Assembly (NCBI GenBank): GCA_048937405.1
Contig: JBHLNF010000018.1
Span: forward strand, 1 to 50,378
From: Promethearchaeota archaeon
GTDB taxonomy: Archaea; Asgardarchaeota; Lokiarchaeia; Sigyniarchaeales; SOKP01
Reading direction: 5' to 3'
DNA: 50,378 nt
Part shown: in pieces, positions 1 through 9,840 of the stretch
How the letters are laid out: each line of letters begins with the position of its first letter
How positions within the stretch are numbered: the first letter of the stretch is position 1
Position numbers and translations under genes: made by a program
Notes under the pieces: model-generated
What the model saw: the letters and a program-made list of their open reading frames with translations, nothing else
What the model was told of the DNA's origin: nothing
The model's database searches: none

Positions 1-2
1 TT

Positions 3-146
3 ATGCTGAATTTTTTTGAACCATATTTTTTAAGCTTTCTGATTAGTTCTATTGCCCTAGTTCCATTTTTAATGGGATTCAAAACAATTCAATTAAAAAA
101 ATATGATATACCTAATTTAAATCGAGAAAAAATGATTGAAGAATAA
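3..146 (+). CDS. 3' end of a membrane protein truncated by the window edge
   Basis: Open frame from the edge (MLNFFEPYFLSFLISSIALVPFLMGFKTIQLKK...EE) to TAA at 144-146; hydrophobic helix followed by a charged tail. Confidence 0.55.
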   Translation: MLNFFEPYFLSFLISSIALVPFLMGFKTIQLKKYDIPNLNREKMIEE

Positions 147-446
147 ATTAAATAACTTATTATTTACTCCTAGAAAACATATTATAAACTATTTTGTTTC
201 TTAAGTTCTTAAAATAAATGAAATATGACTTGCTTTTTCCATAATCATAAAAAAGTAAGTTGGGATTAAAAAAAGTAAAATTAAGATGGTAATATAAGAG
301 ATTTTATATTTGTATTGTTTTCTCCAAAAAGAGAATTTGGTGAATCGTGATTCATAATTTTAAAAAGAGAATTTTACTGAATTAGATTAAAATCACTAGA
401 TTCATTTCTGACTATTTTTTCTTAAAAATTTGGAATATAAATTTTT

Positions 447-1286
447 TTAATTTCTCAAGAAGTCAACTATAATTTGATTAATTTCTGGAGCTTTTTCAAA
501 AGGAGAAGAGTGTCCAACGCCTTCAAGTACAATAAATTTGCTATTTGAAATACCTTCATGAATTTTCATATTTACTAATTTTGGCATTTGTCGATCTTTT
601 TCAGCACAGATAATTAACGTTTCAGAACTAATCATATGCAAACTTTCTAAAACATTATGAGTACCAAGAGCGTGAGCTTGATTTCTAATATCTTGAGGAG
701 TTGCTGGATTAATTATACTTTTATTAATTAAATCTTCTGCTGAGAATAGTCCATGGAATTTCTTTTTCGGACTTTCTTTCATTAATTTTAAAAAATTACG
801 GGAAAATCCCATTTTTGCTGCATCAAAGAAAGTTTTAACCGGATCTTTTAATCTTGCTTCATATCTAGCAATTTGTCCATTTTTATAGAGTTCTAATCCA
901 GATTTTTCTTCAGGCCAAGCAGCCATAGTGTTTATCAAGATTAATTTATTTACTCTTTCAGGATATTTTATCGCAAAATGTTGAGAAATCATACCACCTA
1001 CAGACCAACCTACTATGTGTGCTTTCTCAATCTTTAAAAAGTCCATCAAACTTTTAGTATCATCAGCAAACAGTTCCATAGTATATGGTTCATTAGGTCT
1101 ATCAGATTTTCCTGAACCTCGATTATCAAATCTTAGTACCTTAAAATATTGAGATAATGGTTCAAATTGACAAAGCCATTCCTCTTTAGTAACCCCAAAT
1201 CCATGGATTAGAATAACTGGATTACCCTCTCCACGAACTTCATAACAAATTTTTATATCATTAATATTTGCATAAGATTCAGTCAT
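447..1286 (-). CDS. Alpha/beta fold hydrolase
   Basis: LIHGF oxyanion motif, DNRGSGKSD, nucleophile elbow GWSVG, Asp in EKDR, His in GVGHS. Confidence 0.92.
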   Translation of the reverse strand: MTESYANINDIKICYEVRGEGNPVILIHGFGVTKEEWLCQFEPLSQYFKVLRFDNRGSGKSDRPNEPYTMELFADDTKSLMDFLKIEKAHIVGWSVGGMISQHFAIKYPERVNKLILINTMAAWPEEKSGLELYKNGQIARYEARLKDPVKTFFDAAKMGFSRNFLKLMKESPKKKFHGLFSAEDLINKSIINPATPQDIRNQAHALGTHNVLESLHMISSETLIICAEKDRQMPKLVNMKIHEGISNSKFIVLEGVGHSSPFEKAPEINQIIVDFLRN

Positions 1287-1316
1287 AACTTTTAAAAAAG
1301 TAGAATAATAATAAAT

Positions 1317-2153
1317 TTATTCTTTTAAAAAGGCTATTAAAGAATTATTTACTTCTGGAGCATTCTCCAATGGAAGATAATGCCCTCCATTAAATATAAT
1401 CAATTTACTTCTTTTTAACTTGCTATTTAATTCTAAACTTACACTTTTGGGGGATATTCTATCTTTTTCTCCAGCAAGTATTAACACTTCATTTGATATT
1501 TCATGGATTTTATCAATTGTATTTAATTCTGCTATCGCATTGATTCTATTCTCAATATCATGTGGTTGTGAAGTATCATTAAAAACTAAGTTCATTAAAT
1601 CATTTGTATTGAAGATTCTATGAAATTTTTCATATGGACTTTCTACTAATTGTTTGTAAAATTTTCTAGAAAACCTTAGTTTCATTTTTGAGAAAAAAGC
1701 ATTTTCAGGATTCTTTTGTTTCTCTTCATGGAAAGCTAACTGACTTCTCTTAAACATTTCTAGCCCAGATTTATCTACTGGAATTTTTGTAAGAGCTGCG
1801 ATGAGTACGACTTTGTCTATCCGTTTAGGATATTGTATTACTAAATATTGGGCTATCATTGCGCCAGTAGCCCAACCAATTACATGGGCTTTTTCAATTT
1901 CTAAATAATCCATTAGATTTTTGACATCATTTGCTAGATCTTCTAATTTATAAGGCTCTTTTGGGTGATCTGATCTACCTGATCCTCGATTATCTAATGA
2001 TATCACCTTAAAATGTTCTGCTAATTCAGGAATTTGTGCTAACCAAAATCCTTTATGTAAACCAAAACCATGAATTAAAATAACTGGGTATCCATCTCCA
2101 TGAAGTTCATAGCAAATTCTAATTCCGTTTACTTCTGCAAATAAATCGACCAT
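1317..2153 (-). CDS. Alpha/beta fold hydrolase paralog with Ser-to-Ala at the nucleophile
   Basis: LIHGF, DNRGSGRSD, elbow reads GWATG, EKDR, GGHY; colinear with the neighbouring hydrolase. Confidence 0.88.
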   Translation of the reverse strand: MVDLFAEVNGIRICYELHGDGYPVILIHGFGLHKGFWLAQIPELAEHFKVISLDNRGSGRSDHPKEPYKLEDLANDVKNLMDYLEIEKAHVIGWATGAMIAQYLVIQYPKRIDKVVLIAALTKIPVDKSGLEMFKRSQLAFHEEKQKNPENAFFSKMKLRFSRKFYKQLVESPYEKFHRIFNTNDLMNLVFNDTSQPHDIENRINAIAELNTIDKIHEISNEVLILAGEKDRISPKSVSLELNSKLKRSKLIIFNGGHYLPLENAPEVNNSLIAFLKE

Positions 2154-2213
2154 ATCTATTAAAAAATCCGAATGATATTTGAGTTTTTTTATTGAGAGCA
2201 GATCATTTATTAG

Positions 2214-3260
2214 TTAAGACACAATGCAAATTGGAAATCCACAGAAATTACATTTTCCAGCAGAATCTAAGTATAATTCTTTAATCCCCATTACTTTCCT
2301 TTTTATGACTAATTTAGTACATTTTGGACAATAAGTATTTTCATAATCAGTAGTGGGTAGATTCCCAAGATATACATATTTTAAACCAACATCTTTTGCT
2401 ATTGCATGAGCGTTATACAAGAGTTTTAGAGGTGTCGGTTCACAAATTCCATGCTTTTCCGATTTGAAATGAGGAAAGAATCGAGTAATATGATATGGTG
2501 TTAATTCTCCTAATTCATTTAATATCCTTTTTGATATTTCTCTTATAATCCCATTTTCAGAATTAAATCCAGGAATTAATAGAGTTGTAATCTCTATATG
2601 TATACCTAAATCCTTTGCTAACTTTACATTTCGCCATACTTTTTCTCCATCAATTCCACAATATTTCTCAACCATATCAGAATCTCCTTTTATATCTATA
2701 TTCATTGCATCAAGACCAGCATCTGCCAAGTCTATTAAAACATCTTCCGTCATGTAGCCATTTGTAACATATGTATTGTATAGACTATTTTCTTTTGCTA
2801 GTTTAAAAACTGCTATTGAATATTCAAACAATAACGTAGGTTCATTAAAAGAGATTGACGTTCCATTACATTTTTCGTTTAAAGCGATTTCAATCAATTT
2901 TTCAGGAGAAATAAAATCACCAGATATAACAGATTGATAAGTGTTTAAAGGATTTGTTTTAGAAAGATGATAGTTTTGGCACCAGAAACAAGTAAAATTA
3001 CATCCATAAGTCCCTATTGTTATTGCAGTACTTCCAGGATGAAAGTGATATAAAGGTTTTTTCTCTATGGGATTAAATGATAAAGCAGGTATTAGACCAT
3101 AAACTATAGAATATATTTCTCCTTTTTTATTGGTTCGTGTTTTGCAAAATCCAAACTTTCCTTCTGAAATCTTACATTTCTTCTCACAAGTAAAACATTG
3201 TGTTAAATTCTCATCAATCTTTCGCTGGTATTTAGCTTTTATTAAAAAGTCTGAATTCAT
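2214..3260 (-). CDS. amrS: AmmeMemoRadiSam system radical SAM enzyme
   Basis: N-terminal CxxCxxxC...GFC, PIEKKPLYHFHPG, GCNFTCFWCQN radical SAM motif, YVYLGN and C-terminal CPKC...CxxCG. Confidence 0.88.
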   Translation of the reverse strand: MNSDFLIKAKYQRKIDENLTQCFTCEKKCKISEGKFGFCKTRTNKKGEIYSIVYGLIPALSFNPIEKKPLYHFHPGSTAITIGTYGCNFTCFWCQNYHLSKTNPLNTYQSVISGDFISPEKLIEIALNEKCNGTSISFNEPTLLFEYSIAVFKLAKENSLYNTYVTNGYMTEDVLIDLADAGLDAMNIDIKGDSDMVEKYCGIDGEKVWRNVKLAKDLGIHIEITTLLIPGFNSENGIIREISKRILNELGELTPYHITRFFPHFKSEKHGICEPTPLKLLYNAHAIAKDVGLKYVYLGNLPTTDYENTYCPKCTKLVIKRKVMGIKELYLDSAGKCNFCGFPICIVS

Positions 3261-3378
3261 ATAAACCTATTTTTTAAATTATTTAATAATGCATTATATA
3301 CAATTTAACATTAATGAGTTTTAATAAATTGGAAATTTAATAAACACTCCACTATTTAGAAAAATATTTAGATTTATG

Positions 3379-4194
3379 TTAAGGAGCAACTATTAAAATA
3401 ATCATATACACAAGCATTAAATTACCTAAAATGATTCCAGTATCTTTTAAGGACGTTTTTCCTAATAAAGTAGTCCTAGGCTTTCTATAGATATACATAA
3501 TTCCCAATGGAAAAAATACAATTGGAATAAATATCCAATATTGAGTAATAATGAATGAAATGATTGAAATAACTAATGAAAGTAAGCATGCAATCCAAAT
3601 TACCAATTGAGACGACTTAGGCTTTAGTTTTGCTAATGAATCTCCATCAATCATTTCATGTACCATCTGTCCTGTAAATGCTACAGCAGTTATAGCTGCT
3701 AAAATTAATGATTCATACAATTGCATTCGTGGAAGAAAATTGAAAATAATATCCCCGGCATTAATTTTAATCATAAAATATGGTAAAATTATGTGAGAGG
3801 TTCCTAAAATAATATGGTTAATAACAACAAGCCTTTTGAACAAACAATAGAAAATTACCAAAAATATAATCATAACTAAATAAATTCCTAGAATTGGATT
3901 CACTAAAATATCATTCATAAAACACATTGAGCCTAACAAAAAACTTGCAATAGCAAGTACAGCAATTTCTTTTCTACCATATCCTTCGACTCTTTCCAAC
4001 GTTTCCTTTTCATTAAGATCCTTCATATCAATAACATCATTAAGAGTATTTCCTGTAATAGCATAAAAAGCAAATCCTGATAATATCCAAATATTAGAAC
4101 GTAATTCATAATTATTCAAATATATACACAAAAGACATGGTATTAATACAGAAAAAAGATATTCTAAACGAAGTAGTCTAAATCCTTTACTCAT
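3379..4194 (-). CDS. UbiA family prenyltransferase
   Basis: N-terminal LLRL, Asp-rich NTLNDVIDMKD, degenerate second motif HEMIDGD, multiple TM helices. Confidence 0.7.
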   Translation of the reverse strand: MSKGFRLLRLEYLFSVLIPCLLCIYLNNYELRSNIWILSGFAFYAITGNTLNDVIDMKDLNEKETLERVEGYGRKEIAVLAIASFLLGSMCFMNDILVNPILGIYLVMIIFLVIFYCLFKRLVVINHIILGTSHIILPYFMIKINAGDIIFNFLPRMQLYESLILAAITAVAFTGQMVHEMIDGDSLAKLKPKSSQLVIWIACLLSLVISIISFIITQYWIFIPIVFFPLGIMYIYRKPRTTLLGKTSLKDTGIILGNLMLVYMIILIVAP

Positions 4195-4485
4195 GTAAAA
4201 AATCTACTCATTTAATTAATATTAAATAATAAATTCTAATATTAACAAAAAAATTTAAGATTTTGCTGAAGAAAATTATTAGAAATAATTCTATTTGTTA
4301 TAATTAGTGAAGAGTTGGTAAAACAAGTATAATAAAACATATTCACTTGAATGGTTGTTAAGGTTGTGATTCTTATGAGTATTAAGATCAGAAATCATTT
4401 TATGTTTATATTCAAGCATCTCTAACTATTTTATTCTTCTAGATAATATCTAAATCCTAAAATATTCAGGTTTATAATACTAGTG

Positions 4486-4510
4486 GTCCCCCTCTTAAAA
4501 AGAGGGGGAC
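4486..4510. other. Perfect GC-rich inverted repeat/hairpin (11-bp stem, 3-nt loop)
   Basis: GTCCCCCTCTT-AAA-AAGAGGGGGAC in very AT-rich intergenic DNA. Confidence 0.75.
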
Positions 4511-4612
4511 TTACTTTCCAAATAAAAGAGAATTACTATTTTGTGGTTTTTTATAAAAACCTAAATGAGTTCTGTTATTTTAAATAATATTAAATAAAAT
4601 TAAAAAAAAGTA

Positions 4613-4765
4613 TTAATATCTCTTACGTTTTTTTGGTATAAAATCTTCTAATCCAAAAGCGAATCCATTAGGATGTAACATATAACAATTAATGGATTTT
4701 TTCCATCTCTTTTTTTCTCTATTTATATCAATTGGATCTTGATATTCTTCATTAATTGATTCCAT
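4613..4765 (-). CDS. Small 50-aa protein not in the ORF track
   Basis: GAGGTAA SD 6 nt before ATG; MESINEEYQDPIDINREKKRWKKSINCYMLHPNGFAFGLEDFIPKKRKRY*; followed by a T-run terminator; divergent from the PhoU regulator. Confidence 0.65.
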   Translation of the reverse strand: MESINEEYQDPIDINREKKRWKKSINCYMLHPNGFAFGLEDFIPKKRKRY

Positions 4766-4941
4766 TTTAGTTTACCTCAATTTTTTTATTTATATTAAAT
4801 TTTAATTTTTTTGATGTTTGTTATACTACTCTTTCTAAGTTATATATAATTTAAAGAACTAATTAATGTTATGTATAAAAAATTAAAGGAAGAATAAAAA
4901 GTTTAAACAAACTTAAATATTATATTATATATTAATTATGT

Positions 4942-5832
4942 ATGGAAAGAATTTTTAGAAAATTGCAGAAAATAAGTGGGTCCTATTTTGTAAGTTTACC
5001 TAAAAGTTGGGTTGAAAAGTTTAATCTAGATAGTAAATCACCAATAGCAATAGACTACCTAAATGATGGCTCTTTAAATATTACACCTAAACATGAACAA
5101 GAGGATATGAATCTGAAAGAGGAACTTACCCTCCAAGTTAGTCCCTATATTGCTAGAGAAATCATATCATATTGTTTAACAGGGCAAACAAATATAGTAG
5201 TAATTTCTGATAAGGAAATTGATAAAGATTTGATAAGTCAAATAAGATGGATTGTGAGTGGACTTCCTAATACTGAAATAATTGAAGAGCAAAGACAGAG
5301 AATAGTGATACGAAATTTTGGTTATAAAAAGATTCCCACTAAAAAAATAATTCAACGTTTATTATATTTAATTGCTAATATGTTTGAAAATTTATTAGAA
5401 AATCGAACTGATGATTTGAACTATGATTTTGAACAGTTAAGAAGATTTTATTTTATATTAGTAACCCATATAAGAACTTATCTTAAAACTGGAATATATG
5501 TTTCAGAAGATGCTGATTTTACACCACTCCAAGCTATGGATTATCGCATGTTCTGTGAACAAATTGAAAAAATTGGAAAGATTTTGAAAGATTTAAGGAT
5601 CAATGAGAATGTAAGAGAATTTTTCTTAGAAATTAATAATTATTTCAATGATGTAATGAACGCATATATGAAAAGAGATTTGAATTTAGCTCATCAAATT
5701 TGGTTGGGAAAAGATGAATTAGTTGAAAGAGCTAATTCTTTATTAAGCCCTTTAAATTATGAGGATAAAGACAAAATAAAAGATATAATAAGAATTGCAG
5801 AGAGATGTAAAGATATGGCCGCTTTTATATAA
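4942..5832 (+). CDS. AbrB/MazE-PhoU family regulator (archaeal phosphate-uptake regulator type)
   Basis: RKLQKISGSYFVSLPKSWV AbrB-type N-terminus; helical PhoU-like repeats (EQIEKIG, IIRIAERCKDMA). Confidence 0.85.
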   Translation: MERIFRKLQKISGSYFVSLPKSWVEKFNLDSKSPIAIDYLNDGSLNITPKHEQEDMNLKEELTLQVSPYIAREIISYCLTGQTNIVVISDKEIDKDLISQIRWIVSGLPNTEIIEEQRQRIVIRNFGYKKIPTKKIIQRLLYLIANMFENLLENRTDDLNYDFEQLRRFYFILVTHIRTYLKTGIYVSEDADFTPLQAMDYRMFCEQIEKIGKILKDLRINENVREFFLEINNYFNDVMNAYMKRDLNLAHQIWLGKDELVERANSLLSPLNYEDKDKIKDIIRIAERCKDMAAFI

Positions 5833-5844
5833 AAATTAATTATC

Positions 5845-8800
5845 TTATCTAGTACTTTGAATAAATTGTACTTCTTTCTTTTGTTCATTTTCCCATTTTT
5901 TACGTTCTGAACGCAACTTGAAAAGATCAATATCTTTATATATCAAACCTTCTTCTTCTGCGGGAATAGTTCTTTCAGTACGATCTTTTTCAGGAGTATA
6001 TATTAAAGAATCGCCGAATTCAGCCACATTGGCAAAAAAACAGTAAGCATAGATAGATCTTCGGGCATCGAAATGTGCCGCTTCAAAATCAGCAGTGACG
6101 GGAGTGAATGCTGGATTAATAATAATATCTACTGGTGGTTCAAAATTCTTTAATTCTACTCTTAAATCCATATCCAGAAAGTCTCGACATATAGCAATAG
6201 CGATTCTTCCATATTCAGTATTACAGACTAATATTTTTTGAGGTCCTGAGGTGATCTCTATAGCTTCTTTAAACTTTTTTTCTTTAAAGTGAATTATTGC
6301 AGGAATGTGTTTTTCTTGTTTCCATAGAATTTTTTCAGGTGAGACAACCATACAAATATTTTGTTTTGTTTCTTGATCATGATAGGAACCAGGAATAATA
6401 TACATATTATAATTCTTAGCAAGATTTGATATCTCTTCTATAAATTCTCTATAGTTTAAATCTATAGTCATTTCTGGAAAAATTAGAATATTAACTTTAT
6501 TTTTGCTAGCATCATCGACCATGTCTTTTACTTTATTTCTCACAGTATTTACTTTATTCCTCTTAAGACCCAATAGTCCAGAGGATTTCTCTTCATAAAA
6601 TTCTGTTATAATATCACCTGATTCTGATAAACCAATTTGAGCAATCCCTATTCTAAATTGACTTTTTTGGATTTTTGACTCTTGTTTAAGGAAATCTGTA
6701 TATATTATTTCATACTTTTTTCTTTCTATTCTCTCTATTACTATCTGTCTTTCTTTTTCAGTGAACTGACGCGCTTCGCCTAACCTTGGAGATTGACTAC
6801 TTTCGATAGGACAAGAAGGAGCATATATACCAATAGTACTTCGGGAAATTGAAGGCTCTTTTATAGTATTTAAAGCGGAAAAAAGTATTGATTCTTCCCG
6901 TTCTACTCTATTTAATCGATCCTGAACCTCTTTCTTTTTATCTCTATAACCTGCTTTGCCAAATAATTCAATTGCTGATTTTAAATATTTTGCGCCTATT
7001 CCTAAGAGTTTTCCTTTTTTCTGAAGATCTGCTTCTTCGTCAGCCCTAATTAGGTTCCATGCGGCATCAAAATATATAGAGGTCGCTTGAGCCCAATCGG
7101 CACCACTTTTAAAACCTCCTTTTTCATATGACGTAGCTGCTTTACTAAGATTCAATTTAACTTTTGGATATAAATCTGTTTTGATTTCTATCCTAATTGC
7201 ACCATCAAATTTACAACCATTTTCAAGAGCTTGACAAAAAGCTGAATTTCCAGAAGCTAATAATTTTAATTTTATATCAGTAAAAAGACTACTGGCTTTT
7301 GTAAATAATTTCGCTGCTTCTGAAAATCTTTCAGGATCTTCATGTATTTCAGCAATTTCCATATTTTCCCAAGCTTTACACAAGAAATAAACTGCTTCCA
7401 ATTCTTCTCGTTCTTTCTCAATTTTAAAGAGAAAGCAAATATCTCTAAATTGTGAAGAAGCAAGCGCGAATTTTTCCGCAGCAGCGATATGCTCTCCTTG
7501 CTTTCCTAAGATTCTTGCTTCTTCAAGGTTTATTCTAGAGGTACAATAATTCATCCTTACGTGAGCAACTTTTTCAAGTTTAATAATTCTCTCTCTTTCA
7601 AATTTTTCTCTGGATTTCTCATGAGAAATTTCTAATGCACTAATAGCTTTCTTAAAAGTTTCTGCTGTCTCTTTAAATCTTTCTATAGCTTCTTCATGAT
7701 TTTCTTGTTTACTTAGTTGCTCTGCCTCCTCCAATAAAATCCAACTAAAATAATAGGAAGCCTCATAGCTATAACTTGATAATTTAATTAAAACATCATA
7801 AGCTTTTTCATACTGTTTCTTGGCTTGTAAATGATTTTCTCGGATATGAAACGATTTAGCTTCTTCAATAAAAGTCCAAGCCTTAACATAGTTATGTTTC
7901 TCGGTTGTTCTATTTTTTAGCAGCTTATACTTTATCAATTTCAGTGACTTATTATAAGCTTCTTGAGCTTTCTTATAATTTTCTGCAGAAAGCATATAAT
8001 TACCCAAACGATCTTCTATACGAGCTATATACTGATAACTCGCCGCTTCATAAAAAAAGAATCTTCTATCAACACTCTCTTTTATTGTGTGGAGAAAAAT
8101 TTCCCGTGCTTGAATTAAAATAGTTTTTTCTCCCGTTATAATCCCTAATTCCTCAAATAATAATCCTAGCCTCATTCGCTCTGTAAGAGCACCGGATCGA
8201 GATAAAATAGCATAACTGGTTAATTTATTTTGAGCTTCTATTGCCTTTTTAAGATTTGTGATCCTTTCTTCCTTCTCTTTAGCGATATCTGCAAGTGTTT
8301 TATAGGCTTTATAAAGACTTGTATAACCACTAGCTCGAGGAAATCCTCCCTCATATTTTAAACCGAATTTTTCTGCCTGGATAGCATGCTGAAGCATAAT
8401 TTGGGCATATTCACCTTGTTTTGTTTTTGATTCCGCGAGAATAGCAAGTTGAGAATAAGCTAATATCAAACATTCGTATACCCATGATAAAATATTAGGG
8501 ATATGAGGAGAACTCATCGCTGCTTTTGCATGTTGTATCGCTTTTTCAGCATAGATTTTGCGTTGTGCAGCAGTAAAAAAACTCCTCTGAGAAGAAGTAG
8601 TATAATAAAGTGCAGATAATACATTTCCTAGAGAACGATAAAAAATATAAGAATGTGCATAGATTTTTCCTAATTCTATGCAGTCTTTGATGTCATTAAG
8701 AATTCTCTTTTGAAGATAATTGACTTTGCCACCGTAAAGTGCAAAATAATCTATGAAAAATATACATAATAATATGTTAATTTTACTTTTCGTTTTTCTG

Positions 8801-9702
8801 GCAAAATTTAAAGCTTTCTCTAATAATTTTATTCCCCTATCTAGGTAATCTTCTTGTTCTCTTTCATCTTCAACAAATTGATATCCAAAATAGCAATAAT
8901 AAGCTCCCATAGCTTGGTAAATTAAATTATATGCCCAAGAATCATCTAAGTTATCAATAAATGTAATAGTATTCTTGCATTTTGCCAAGAATTTCTTAGT
9001 ATCCTCGATAGAAATGTATATATTTTTTTTAAAATCTTTAACTATTGTTAGATTGAAACCGATTATAAATTCCATATATAATGAGTCAGCCAGAATTTGA
9101 ATATTTCCAATTTTTTTTAAGATTTCCCAAGCTTTTTGAGCAGATTCAATTCCTTGCTGAGCAATCCGATCATATTCTTCTTTACTGATGTTATAAGTCA
9201 TAAGGAGAAATGAAGCATCTGCTATACATCCCAGTACTCTCGCAAAACTCTCTTCATCACCCTCCTTAGAATAAATCTTACTTGATTCACTAAACAGTTT
9301 AATCGCCTGAACATATATTTTCTGAGCTTCTCCATCAGAAGTTGCAAGAAATCCACTTGTAAAAACTGTTTTTGCTTCGCATTCAATCTCTTCAGATCTA
9401 TTTCCAAGTTGTTTAAATAACTTTCTTGCATCCTTATAAGCCTTAATAGCACAATTTATGTGATTCAAATATTCCTCCGCAGTTTCTACCGTATCAGAAG
9501 CACGGACATGACTATACCCAAGCCTTTTATAACAATTAGCGGCTTTTTCAATTAAATTATTCTCTAAATAAAGTTTAACAGCTTTTTCATATAAGGTCGC
9601 CGCTTCAATCCAATTATAATTTTTTTCTTCCATTAATGCCTTTTCCAATAAATCTTCTTCTTGCGTTATTTCTGTCATCTGAGAGTTCAAGGATTTATTC
9701 AA
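5845..9702 (-). CDS. TPR/alpha-SNAP-like solenoid protein with C-terminal carbon-nitrogen hydrolase (nitrilase) domain
   Basis: About 950 aa of AA..Y/F..A helical repeats; C-terminal RIGIAQ, LIFPEM (Glu), QEKHIP (Lys), IAICRDF (Cys); TTG start. Confidence 0.85.
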   Translation of the reverse strand: MNKSLNSQMTEITQEEDLLEKALMEEKNYNWIEAATLYEKAVKLYLENNLIEKAANCYKRLGYSHVRASDTVETAEEYLNHINCAIKAYKDARKLFKQLGNRSEEIECEAKTVFTSGFLATSDGEAQKIYVQAIKLFSESSKIYSKEGDEESFARVLGCIADASFLLMTYNISKEEYDRIAQQGIESAQKAWEILKKIGNIQILADSLYMEFIIGFNLTIVKDFKKNIYISIEDTKKFLAKCKNTITFIDNLDDSWAYNLIYQAMGAYYCYFGYQFVEDEREQEDYLDRGIKLLEKALNFARKTKSKINILLCIFFIDYFALYGGKVNYLQKRILNDIKDCIELGKIYAHSYIFYRSLGNVLSALYYTTSSQRSFFTAAQRKIYAEKAIQHAKAAMSSPHIPNILSWVYECLILAYSQLAILAESKTKQGEYAQIMLQHAIQAEKFGLKYEGGFPRASGYTSLYKAYKTLADIAKEKEERITNLKKAIEAQNKLTSYAILSRSGALTERMRLGLLFEELGIITGEKTILIQAREIFLHTIKESVDRRFFFYEAASYQYIARIEDRLGNYMLSAENYKKAQEAYNKSLKLIKYKLLKNRTTEKHNYVKAWTFIEEAKSFHIRENHLQAKKQYEKAYDVLIKLSSYSYEASYYFSWILLEEAEQLSKQENHEEAIERFKETAETFKKAISALEISHEKSREKFERERIIKLEKVAHVRMNYCTSRINLEEARILGKQGEHIAAAEKFALASSQFRDICFLFKIEKEREELEAVYFLCKAWENMEIAEIHEDPERFSEAAKLFTKASSLFTDIKLKLLASGNSAFCQALENGCKFDGAIRIEIKTDLYPKVKLNLSKAATSYEKGGFKSGADWAQATSIYFDAAWNLIRADEEADLQKKGKLLGIGAKYLKSAIELFGKAGYRDKKKEVQDRLNRVEREESILFSALNTIKEPSISRSTIGIYAPSCPIESSQSPRLGEARQFTEKERQIVIERIERKKYEIIYTDFLKQESKIQKSQFRIGIAQIGLSESGDIITEFYEEKSSGLLGLKRNKVNTVRNKVKDMVDDASKNKVNILIFPEMTIDLNYREFIEEISNLAKNYNMYIIPGSYHDQETKQNICMVVSPEKILWKQEKHIPAIIHFKEKKFKEAIEITSGPQKILVCNTEYGRIAIAICRDFLDMDLRVELKNFEPPVDIIINPAFTPVTADFEAAHFDARRSIYAYCFFANVAEFGDSLIYTPEKDRTERTIPAEEEGLIYKDIDLFKLRSERKKWENEQKKEVQFIQSTR

Positions 9703-9840
9703 TTAAAATAGGATCTATTTAATTTGCCCTATACGATATATATTTGTTTATTGATCAAATTTTTCATTTTATACTTAATAAATTTATTCATAAATGTATA
9801 AAAAGTGAGAAAATGGTAAATTAACTTATATATCAAATTT

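Noticed and set aside
326-374. 13-bp direct repeat AAAAAGAGAATTT
   Set aside because: Only two low-complexity copies in very AT-rich DNA; not CRISPR-like
4290-4430. Short ORFs of about 24 aa (+) and 42 aa (-) upstream of the UbiA gene
   Set aside because: No clear SD or recognisable composition; cannot be supported
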